From positions 29,946,001-30,010,000 of the forward strand of contig NC_092674.1 of assembly GCF_964355755.1 (NCBI RefSeq): DNA of 64,000 bases. The letters are read 5' to 3'. Position numbers and translations under genes: made by a program. Shown here piece by piece: positions 27,908-39,000 of the stretch. Each line of letters starts with the position of its first letter. The stretch's first letter is position 1. The notes beneath the pieces are model-generated. The model was not told where the DNA came from. It searched no databases and was given only the letters and a program-made list of their open reading frames with translations. Source of the stretch: Antedon mediterranea. Taxonomy: Eukaryota > Animalia > Echinodermata.

Positions 27908-28118
27908 TTCATAGGCCTAATATAATTTACTTCAATTCATAGGCCTAATATAATTTACTTCAACTCATAGGCCTAATCATAGCTGTGAGTAGAATAGGAT
28001 GTACTTCAATTCATAGGCCTAATAGAATTTACTTCAATTCATAGGCCTAATAGAATTTACTTCAATTCATAGGCCTAATAGAATTTACTTCAACTCATAG
28101 GCCTAATCATAGCTGTGA
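27908..28118. repeat. 28-bp minisatellite CATAGGCCTAATAGAATTTACTTCAATT
   Basis: About 7 copies, in two similar blocks. Confidence 0.92.
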
Positions 28119-28417
28119 ATATTAAATTACAACATAAATTTCCAATAATCAGTTTAATTTTATAAATCATTGCTGCATTTGTGTCCAAATGAACAAGCTT
28201 CGCTTACTTGCTGAATTTGTAATTTATAATTGTTTTACCTTGATTTAAACAGTCTCACAGCACAAATAACTGTATATCTATTGTATTATATATTTATATG
28301 ACTGTACGAAATTAAAAATTAGATATTATATCCAAAAGTCAGTTTGTTTGTCATGATTATGCTACATAAGGCCATACCGTACTAAAACAGATAAACATTA
28401 GTTGATAGATATTGAAT

Positions 28418-28433
28418 TAGCGCCCTCTATTGG
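28418..28433 (-). promoter_or_regulatory. CTCF-like motif CCAATAGAGGGCGCTA between Cdx and Xlox
   Basis: Close match to the CTCF core CCASYAGRKGGCRSY; motif match only. Confidence 0.5.
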
Positions 28434-29210
28434 TTTCTAGTCTAACAGCTTATGCAAATTTTGCATAGCAAGATGCGCGCCCATGCGTAGTATCTATATT
28501 ATGTAAATTAACCCAAGAACTGAAAGACGAATGGGTCTGTGTATCTTCATGCTTTGTACCATGGAGAAATAATCTCCATGTTTGTACTTATTCAATACAA
28601 ATAGTGTATATTGCGAAAATAGTGACACATTTAAATGCTTTTAATAGGGTAAGTTATTTCAAGCCCAATAACATAATAATAGCAATGATAGTTTTAAAAT
28701 AATAACGACATTTTTTTGTCGCAAAGATAATTTACCAACATACGGACAGAAATTCCGCAAGGTGTCTCCATAACTTGCCCTTTGGGCGCCAAAGTTAGAT
28801 AGGCTACTGGTATGACGAAAAAGGAGGAGAGTTGATATAAATTTACACTGATAATAATTCTCTGAGATAATTCCATATGGACAAAAACACCACTATTGAC
28901 GTATGTGAGTCCGGCAAATTCCTATAACAGCCTACGCATGAAATAGCTACATCGGTCGTTCAGGTGCAGTTAATATGAAAGGCGCAGAAAAATAAGGAAG
29001 AACATAACTTTTTACATTTTTGACAAATAGAGTAAAATGTCTGTCTAATATTCTGCTCAGATGTTCTGCATAAATCTAGTACCGACTCCACCTTCGTAAA
29101 AACTCCGGAGTTGTATTGGTGTGAGTTAGCGATCTGAAAGAAGGTGTATTACATTGTCTGACCAGATTATTCCATGATCTGACAATGTAACATAGAAAAT
29201 GAACAGTAAT

Positions 29211-29350
29211 GCTTGGTTGCCACTACAGACGCAACACAACGACGTAACGCAACGTAAGGGATTTGACCAATCACAAGCGATGGATTTATTCGACTGTCGC
29301 TTGTCATTGGTCTGCGTCTACGTCATTGCGTTGCGTCCCAGTTTGAACTA
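29211..29350. mobile_element. MITE family B (PIF/Harbinger-like)
   Basis: GCTTGGTT(C/G)CCACTA end and the core GACCAATCACAAGCGATGGAT...TGTCGCTTGTCATTGGTC shared with about 10 other copies. Confidence 0.8.
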
Positions 29351-30454
29351 AAATTGAACTTGGTTCAAGTGACAGTTCGGATGATCCCAGCGGTGCCCGT
29401 ACGTCCTTGTGCTTCCAAGTGGAACCAAGAACACCCTTGGTGAATGTACCTAATCAAATGCATTATGATAGATTTAAATATTTATTTTTTATTTTTTAAT
29501 GAGTTTAAATAATGGTACAGAAATAACGACATAAAATAAAGTAAAACACATAACAAGTTTATCGTTAGAACGTTTAAACGCCAACTATACTCGTCATTAT
29601 AATACTACACATGTAGTGACGTACACAAAATATAACTATATATATATATATTTACATCAAAGAAAACGCCGCACAAACTGTACACAATCAAAACGCGATA
29701 ATACACGCGTTGTGTCAATATTTAAATAAGACGGGTCAAAGTTCATATATATACAAATGATAATATTAATGGCCAATAGTTGTATGAAAGTATAGAAATA
29801 CATTAGTTATAGTGTTAAAAATAAACAAATGGTTACGTATTTATGGATAACGAATTCTACAAAATATCTGGTTATCTTTGACATTTCGAAACATTTTACA
29901 GATAATTGAAAAAAAAACAAATGTTCTCAATGATGACGAATTCAATTTTAGTTAATACAGTGCAAGGGCCCACAATTGAGGCGACTTACAGTGGGTTGCC
30001 GCAACCACATTACGTTGTTATGCTAATTTGTTGCTGCTTATACAGTTCCACAGAGTACATACTTTAGTCAATGCAGTATACCACAAAAGCAGAATAAAAT
30101 TAAGTAACCCCATGACCAGGTCTGTAAATGAGTTTAGGTGTTGGTTATGTTGATATGAATACTCTACTACCTGCTAAAGTAACTCTTTCTTATCGTAGTT
30201 ATTTTAAAGAAAATATTTTAACGGTAAAATCTAAATTAATATAATCTTAGTTAAATAGTTCAAATGAAAGTTTATAATAATAATAATAATAATACACAAA
30301 ACAAAGAATGAAATCACAAAATATGCTATACGGTGTGCGTTATATACAAATGCACGAAACGGTTTTAAATTATGGCAAGTTGTATCAATCCGCAGCTTTG
30401 TGATTCGGTTCATGCGAATGGTGTTATGGGGCCATTTTTACGTGTATTAATACT

Positions 30455-33400
30455 TTAATATATCGATTTTTGTATAATGTTTTCAGGATACAACATTGGC
30501 GGTGAAGTTGACGAGGACGTTGACGTAGATAAAGGAAAAGTGTCTGTTATTGGTGAATTTAATAACGGAGACGTTGCACACGCAACCGGTGACGTAATTT
30601 TAGTAGGTGATGACGTTTCTGTTGGTGACGACGAAGTGGCAGACAATGGTGAGGTTGGTAGTTCAGTTTTTGCGTTTGCATTTTCGTCCAATGAAATTTT
30701 CTGTTCGTTTTCATTCTCATTCGGTTTTTTCTTGGCTTCCTCCTTTTTCCACTTCATTCGTCGATTTTGGAACCATATTTTGATGTGCCGTTCAGTCAGA
30801 TTGAGCAAGGCGGCCAGTTCTATGCGCCTAGGCCTAGAGATGTATTTATTATAATGAAATTCCTTCTCAAGCTCAAGTAGTTGTCCACGTGTATATGCCG
30901 TCCGTGTGCGTTTGTTCTCGTCGAAATCTGTAAACGATGCGCCTAGAAAATACAAACAATTAATAATGTTAAGGTTACGATTCATTACGTACTTCATTAA
31001 AAGATCATCGCTAACACCTCAATACGAAGAAACCATGTATAGATCTTGTGAAACTTAATAAGTTAATAGCATTAGTTCTTTAAGGAAATGACAACAATGC
31101 GAAAACCAATTATCCTGCACACAGTGATAGAGAGAATAAAATAAAAATAATGTCTCTCCGCGGTTACTTCTTGTCATCAAAAGTTAATCTCTTATTATCA
31201 AAAGTTAATCACAAATTAACAAAGTTCGAAATCATTGACATAATAATTATATATAATAAATAATATAAACAGGCAAAGAACATTAATTCCAAACCGCTCT
31301 CGGTGATATACTGTAATTTAATTAATTTGAAACAATATGAGGAAATCTGTGAGAATGAGAACAATTCACAATCGTCGATAGGGTTTGGGAAATATATCAA
31401 TTTAATACAGTAGTACGGTAGTTAATAAAAAAAACGGCAAGCGTGTGTTTAGTTATTTACTGTTATTTTTGTCTTTTGTGAGAAGCATGTCGTCTGATAT
31501 CACTTTTTATAACATAATTAATGTTAGCTATTAGCACGCGCCGCACCTGGGTTTGTAATATCTATGACTAATGTGTAAAAGGTGCTGCACACACAATACA
31601 GGCAGCATTTGTAAAGTAAAAAAAAAAGGTAAAGGTGAGTCCCGTGTTCTCTGAACGTAGGGGAATGAGCTGTTAGGAGCTCATTGTACTAAGCCTCGGC
31701 ATTATGTGGTAGGGTGGCCAGTTCCTTTCAACACCGCCTTATTTCTCCCTAGTATTTTTCAACCAAGTACTCATTTATTTTTAGTTGTCGGGAATTGAAC
31801 CCGGGTCTATCTGTATGACAGTCAAGTGTCCTAACCACACGGCTATCCAACTCCTTTGTTACAGGATCTATTATAATCGGGTATGAGAACAAATGTTATT
31901 AGGACAAGTTTCTATTTTATATCTTCACGTACACATAGCTAATTACACAAGACTAATTGAATAAACTAGCATTGTTTTAGATTGAATCCTGTCATTGACG
32001 ATATGTGTACGCTCCCATGATTCCCAAGAAAAATAGCACAGTATATAGGCGGCAAAATGTGATATTTATTTAAAATAAACGGCTGATTTACATAGCTACG
32101 TTTGTTAACGTTTTGCGTCGGATCTGTCCACGCTAAAAGAAAGGCCATAAAAGCGCACTCGGCGCGGCTTCTTTTTATCTGAAAAACAGATTCCAATATC
32201 GATTTAATATACAACAACTTTGTTCAGTCGCAACTTATATTATTTGCAATTCCTAAGTAACGGTGTCCGCAGCTGCGCAGGCTATATATTTTACTCGCTA
32301 GGTACACCGTCCAAAGGTCCAGTGTAGCGGCTGCGAGGCAAATACTACTACTTGCGCTAGAGTGTTTTCGCTTCTTTGAAGTTTACCGGAAAACGTCCTC
32401 CAGTTTTCTGTGTGTATACAGACGAAGAAATGATATTTGAACGTATCCAATCACAATGATGAGGAGGTCGGCTCGCCGATAAAACATTAACCCGGTAATT
32501 AAGTGCCGAACGATATGAAATTGAATTGTATGTTAGGCCTACAGACTGCGTGTGTACCAAGCCATTTTGACATTTCAAAACAAAACATGCGAACATATAA
32601 ACACAATTCAATATACTTTTTAACGTGTTTACGTTTAAATAAAGCTTAGTGTATCACAGTTTCAAACATTGAGTTTTATTCAATAGTTATACAGTTACTA
32701 GGATTAAATACATATCACGTAATTAGTATATATAAACACAACAAGCACAGAACATTAATTCTAAACCGGTGATATACTGAAAATGTTTTAATTAATTTAA
32801 AACGATAAGATGAGGAAATCTTGTGAGAATACAGTGTTATACAGTAGTACATTTGAGTATTTTCGTATTGAATTTCTCAATTTTGCCGATCATTGTATCG
32901 TTATAATATTGCAAAAATAATTAGTTTCTTTAACTTCTATTTTATTTCTCTTTCCATATTTTCCTTGAAAAGTGTGTTCCGTTATTCTCTTAGTTTTTAG
33001 TTTTTTCTATGTAAGCCTATCTTCCCTCAATTGTTATTTATTTTTGACAGTATATTGATCGTTTACCTCTTTTTGCAGACCCATGTATGTTATGAACTAT
33101 TTTTCAATAAAACGGAAATAATCATTTTTTAAATATATATTATTATATTATCAAATATTACTAGGATAACGATTAAACCAGCGACGAATAGAAATTGTCA
33201 CAGTAAATAATTTGCGATTATAACACTGATTCTCAACTGGTCATTGGATCTGTAAAGCTTTGTTCACACTCGGTACGTAAGCACATCGCAAGCGAGTTGA
33301 CCAATGACAAGCGACATTTTGAATAATCCATCTCTTGTGATTTGTCAAATTACATTGCGCTTATTACGTCCTTGCGTTGCGTCATATAGGAACAACCAAG

Positions 33401-35857
33401 CTTAAAGTAAGATTAGGAATTAAAAACGACGGTATCGGTAATGTTTTTTAATATATCGTGTTCCGTAAATGCATGCTGACGATGATATACGTTTTATGCC
33501 TATATAATCGTTTTTATTTTATTTGAGTCTCGTTCCAGGATTTAGCCTTATATCAGTAGGCCTATTTGCCCTTACTTTTTTTCTCGTTAGGGTAGCCTTA
33601 ATATTCTATATGACTCTGTATTTTAAACTAAATTTACTCCAACGATGTCAGCCTGAGAAAAAAACTAGGCCAATCTCTACCATTATTTAACGATTAGGCC
33701 TATGATCGTTTGTGATATAATAATACTTTTAGTCTTATACCGCGGTATACCATGCGTTATTCTTATATCGCAGTATACCATACTACTGCGTTGTCTTATA
33801 CCGCGGTATACCATGCGTTATTCTTATACCGCGGTATACCGTACTACTGCGTTAGTCTTATACCGCGGTATACCATGCGTTATTCTTATATCGCAGTATA
33901 CCATACCGTACTACTGCGTTAGTCTTATACCGCGGTATACCGTACTACTGCGTTAGTCTTATACCGCGGTATACCATGCGCTATTCTTATATCGCAGTAT
34001 ACCGTACTACTGCGTTAGTCTTATACCGCGGTATACCATGCGCTATTCTTATATCGCAGTATACCATACCGTACTACTGCGTTAGTCTTATACCGCGGTA
34101 TACCATGCGCTATTCTTATATCGCAGTATACCATACCGTACTACTGCGTTAGTCTTATACCGCGGTATACCGTACTACTGCGTTAGTCTTATACCGCGGT
34201 ATACCATGCGCTATTCTTATATCGCAGTATACCGTACTACTGCGTTAGTCTTAAATCGCGGTATACCATGCGCTATTCTTAAATCGCGGTATACCGTACT
34301 ACTGCGTTAGTCTTATACCGCGGTATACCATGCGCTATTCTTAAATCGCGGTATACCATACTACTGCGTTAGTCTTATACCGCGGTATACCATAATATGC
34401 GGTACTCTTTAGTTATTCTGTATACTATTACCATATTTTTACTTTTGCCTTATCTGCGTCATAATGCCTTATGAGTTTTTTGTGCATATATTACTGTAAA
34501 TACTCTCTAATAATATGTTTATAATGTAGCATTCTTTATATGGTAACTGACAACAGACTCATTTTTCAATCAATAACTTATTTTACACTACTACTGTGGT
34601 GGTTGTACCGAAGAGAACTTTTAGGTTGCAGTTGTTATTGGGGATTGTATTATAATTATTGAATATACCCGACTATTTCACTATTACTTAGTTTAGATTT
34701 GTCCATTTTCCTATAAAATACAAGACTGCATAGATAGCCCTATAAAACAATTGGTATATATAAGACAATGACTACAAAGCATTAAACCAATTAATCTTGT
34801 AACCTAGTGTCATGCTACAAACAACAATACAGTCCAAATCTTGTAACCTAGTGTCATGCTACAAACAATAATACAGTCCAAATCTTCTTAAACACAATTT
34901 GATAGAGGTACAGTTTCCTAGATTAACTTTCTTTTTTCTTTCTTTACATTCGGCAAAAGTTTTATAATTATCCGCAAAATATATATGCCTTTAATAATCT
35001 GTAAAAGTTTGAAAACTTGTTTCCAAAAAGTTGGTCAAATAAATATCTGGGAGACAAAATTTACAATGTTCTTCTAAGAGTTTGAGAGAACTATTAAAAT
35101 AGAATTGATTAATTACAACAATTATCAATTTGTATAGTTATTTATAATTTCGGAAATCAATACATTATACAAATTTAGACCTAAATTAAAATGGGAAATG
35201 TGGAAGTTAGAACAGTAAACTTTGTCACAATTTGTTTGTTGTTATTACGAACCTTTTCGACGTACCAGGTCTTTGTTAAGTAATCACTTTACTTACTAGC
35301 ACATTTTATTGTATGTGCTGCCAAGAAACGAACATTTTATTTGGCACACTAAGAAATGTTTATGTTTTAATGCCACTGAGGCCTCCCTCTGAAGGGAGTT
35401 GAACTTGTATAATTAGCGGTTTTTTTTATGACAGTTTGAACATACCTTGCCAGTTTGCTTTCCACATGTGTGCGTGTGACTTTGTCTGTTTCATCCAGGG
35501 GTAGGCTTGGTACCGTTCATTTTGGCTCGTCTGCTGCTGCAACTTCATCATCAGGGTTGCCGTGTCGGTTTGCATCTGCGAAGTCTGGTTTTGCATCTGA
35601 CAAGAAGCCGCATACTGACTTAATAAATTGTCTTCCAACTGCTGGTCTACTACGGCCATTGACGACCCTCCTCCACTACCCCCACCGCTGCCACTATACC
35701 CCCCATTTGGTAAAGTCTGCCGATTAGCGTAAATACAAGCTGGAGGCGATCCCCCATAACCCACACTTTGATTTTGACATGTTGGTTGCGTCGGTAAGTA
35801 ATGTTCCTTGTTAGTAGATGTATATAAACTGTTATAATACTGATTATTACCATCCAT
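30455..35857 (-). CDS. Pdx: ParaHox homeobox protein Xlox/Pdx (299 aa); exons 35857-35446 and 30942-30455
   Basis: N-terminal SPPACIY, hexapeptide [20 protein letters not shown], and homeodomain [60 protein letters not shown] with the Xlox-diagnostic His in TERHIK. One phase-1 GT-AG intron. Confidence 0.98.
31613..31854 (-). mobile_element. tRNA-derived SINE in the Xlox intron
   Basis: Minus strand: A-box-like TAGCCGTGTGG, tRNA-like loop CTGTCA, B box GGTTCAATTCC, body AAATGAGTAC...GGAACTGGCCACCCTACC, tail CCTTTACCTTTTTTT. Confidence 0.8.
33256..33402. mobile_element. MITE family B in the Xlox intron
   Basis: AGCTT...CCAAGCT ends, TAA on both sides, shared core. Confidence 0.82.
33729..34392. 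repeat. CpG-rich minisatellite of 28/34-bp units with the palindromic core TATACCGCGGTATA
   Basis: About 20 tandem units in the Xlox intron. Confidence 0.95.
34794..34886. repeat. 44-bp tandem duplication
   Basis: AATCTTGTAACCTAGTGTCATGCTACAAACAA(C/T)AATACAGTCCA occurs twice. Confidence 0.9.
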
Positions 35858-36012
35858 AATGTTAAGTGTCGATAATTTCAATTAAGTGCAATAACACGGC
35901 AGTAAAAATCTTCCAATGTGTACTCTTGTAGTCCGTCGTTAATTTGCCAGATCCCGTTATGGTGCGGAGTCCGCTAAACGTTTCACAACACAAACAGATC
36001 AAACAAACTGAA

Positions 36013-36082
36013 CACGTGTGTGCGGACGCAGACTCATTTATATGTCAGGGAGACCAGTTTGTATGCAGTGGTCAAACTCCAA
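36013..36082 (-). promoter_or_regulatory. Candidate Xlox core promoter
   Basis: TATAAA on the minus strand at 36042-36037, about 180 bp upstream of the ATG; CACGTG at 36013; DR1-like TGGTCAAACTCCA at about 36069. Confidence 0.45.
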
Positions 36083-39000
36083 ACTTGTTCGAACGTAGCG
36101 TTATCAAAGAAATAACAACACAACTGGAATATGTGCTCTATCGTTATGTACAGGTTTTTGTCTTCAAACGAATTAACTGTAACTGTCAGCGAATGAATAA
36201 CCATACAACACTGAGTCCTGGTGATGAATATTCCACGGCCAATATTGACTCATCATCTCTATAGGCCTATGAATGGCAGAGAAAAGGACATTCAGTACTA
36301 TGATTAGAATTCAATAAATAGTTTTGCCGCTCAATCAATCGAAAAACAATTGTATAAGAATGGCCATTGTGAAAGAGAATTGTCCAAAAAGTCTAAATAA
36401 GATTACAAGGATTAACAACACAAAGTGAGCCGCAATGGAACCACAAATTAGAAGTATAAAGTCACAATAAGACAAAGTAGACATACTAATTTGAACAATT
36501 ATTTATCTTGAGACACTTTGATACCTAATTATTGTTAATATTTAGAACCAATTTCCATTAATTCGGCAAGGTGTTACCTTTATAGTACGCCGCGTGTCTT
36601 GGACCAGGACCTACACATTTTAATATAAACAAGATGTTTTCCCATTGATGACACCTTAAACAATTTATGATTCAGAAACTAGAGGCAAACAAATTGGTAT
36701 TATTAATGTTTTGTAGGTTTGCATGATTAGAAAAGTAATAATGTTTTGCAGCAATTCACCAAGTTACTAGATAGAGAAATGTCTTCATTCTCCAAATTAC
36801 CGTCAAAGCAAAATTACATTTTTCTTTAAAAAAGAATTATTAAATGTGTTCGTGAATAAGCATTAACTTCAATGTATGCATTTCACATTACTCTTTAAAT
36901 TATTAAGAGTTACAGGTAACTCGGCCTCCTACCGGTATATTGATTTTGTTCTTAAAAGAAATTAGAAAAACGTCGATGTCTCCGAGAATGAAAGAACAAG
37001 TATTTGACGTATAATAATATAATAGTTTTAGTTTAGGTAATGATACACTGTACGACCTATTATGATTGTCAAGGATTTTCTTAAAATCTATGTGTTTATT
37101 AACTATCATATATCGAAAGTGAAACAAGTGCTATTGTTAACTTCAGAATAAACCGATCGTCACGCTTCTACTAGAATATGCGATCGAAAAAAAGGCATAT
37201 AGGCCTCCTCTACTACAATGAGTACATAAGCAAGTTATTAACCATTCCACGAGATTTTAAAACAACCGGATTATTTAATTAAAAATATGAATGTTGGCAT
37301 ATTCGAAGATTCGCCAAAACTCGACAAATGCAGATAATAACACAGAATAATGCAGAAACCAGCAACTAATTAATCGTTGTACATTATTATAACTAGATAA
37401 GACAGGTAATGTAAACACACTGACGAAACGATACTTGATAAACTAAGCAAATAAAATGTCGTCTTTGCATGATACCAGAAGAAGAGGAACAGGTTTTATA
37501 ACTTGGCTGCTATCTTGTTTTGCAGGATGTAGAGTCGCCTTAATGACTGAATTTTAAACTGTATTTATCCTCCCGATACATTTTATCATAAAAAAACAAA
37601 AATACATAACAACGGTTATTACTTCAAAAATTGTAATTGTAAAAAATAGGCAAATCTTAAAGGCAATCTTAAAGTAAGGGGCGTGGTCATCAGCCAATGA
37701 AGCATATGAGGTTCTCAACTGATCTAACATTCTTCTTATTAGTGGTGGTAAAATATTAGCAACTTAAAACTGAAGTCTGATGAATGAGATGACCTACAAT
37801 AGCCAAACTTATCTTATTTTCGTGCGTTTTTAATAATTTTGTACAAACAGAAAAAATCTCACCAAAATTGTATTTAAAATTCAATACTAGTAGTTGATAC
37901 GCTAACGAAATGGAACCATTCCGTGGAAAGGGAAGCGGAACACGAAAGTCAGTCGCAGTTTATTGACAAACATTTTGCATTTATATTGGTCAGCATGCAA
38001 TCTTACCAGTTTAGTTTTGGAATTTATTTAATACTGTATTGAATTTTCAATAGTGTCAATAACTTACTATAACCAACCTGAAACCAACTGTCTTCTTATG
38101 CATGATTTCTGGCGAATTTTGCCAAACTGCCTTACTTTCTTCTGCAAGCTTCCTGATTCTTCTTAATCATTCTCCAAATTCCACAACAATCTTAAATTTC
38201 ACCTTTTAAACTTATAATTTTGCTTTTCTTTGTTCTTTAAATACTGGAAACATCGTATATATATAGGCCTAAATTATAATTTTCTTCAACCGGAGATAAG
38301 TATCACAGACTGATTTTAGTTATTTCCAATCTGTATTATCAAATGATAACATTTGTGTTCATCTTCGAGTAATAAGTCTCAGGATCCTTGTTTTAATTAA
38401 TATGAAGATATAATAAGTTGTGTATTCATCAGAGAGGACACAATAGGAAGGGTATTTAGCGTGATTTATACTCAGTTAAAAACTTTTTCATTCAGAAACT
38501 TCTTCATCGTTATTTTCTGCAAACCTTTTGTGATTTTAAGTTCTGCAAACTTTTTGCAAAGTGATACTTGTTTCCATAAAAGCGACAATATCAATATCGA
38601 TATCAGTAAATATATTTAATCTAGACCAGCAGCCTAAACTAACTACGGTAGTGTTATCAAGATATTTTACACAGTTCAATATTTTATCAGATATTTTAAC
38701 AGTGTCATCAAACACTTTGGTATCTTTATTCCCTGCTATAAATGGGGTTGTTCATGATCTGTTATCATAACACAAAATGATACCTAAAATAGCAAATAAC
38801 CGGATTTAGAAGTGTATATAGTTCGCCTATCACATAATATAGGAGAGAGGTGATAGGAAGTGTGAAAAGTAAGTTATGATGTGTAGGTAGGTGACGTGTA
38901 GTGTTTAGGCCAAGTTGCACACACTACCTGGTCTGGTATCGTTTGCATTGATGTATGTGCGTAGCGTTATCATGTGCAAATGCAAGAGAGTGTTAGGTCT

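Noticed and set aside
29149-29190. 10-bp AT-rich inverted repeat TTACATTGTC/GACAATGTAA
   Set aside because: Short, isolated and adjacent to repeat remnants; no supporting context.
30477-30854. Antisense ORFs over exons (also 14274-14495, 21792-22040, 35455-35727, 48658-48948, 57847-58044)
   Set aside because: Shadow ORFs of real coding exons on the opposite strand.
31790-31854. tRNA-Asp(GTC)-like sequence on the minus strand
   Set aside because: The acceptor and anticodon stems do not pair properly and the sequence continues into a SINE body and tail; called as a SINE.
33729-34392. CRISPR-like array of palindromic repeats
   Set aside because: Animal intron, the linkers are themselves repeated rather than unique spacers, and there are no cas genes.
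38000-38780. Possible degraded LINE endonuclease remnant (DIDIVAFMET-like)
   Set aside because: Only one short motif and no coherent frame; too weak to call.
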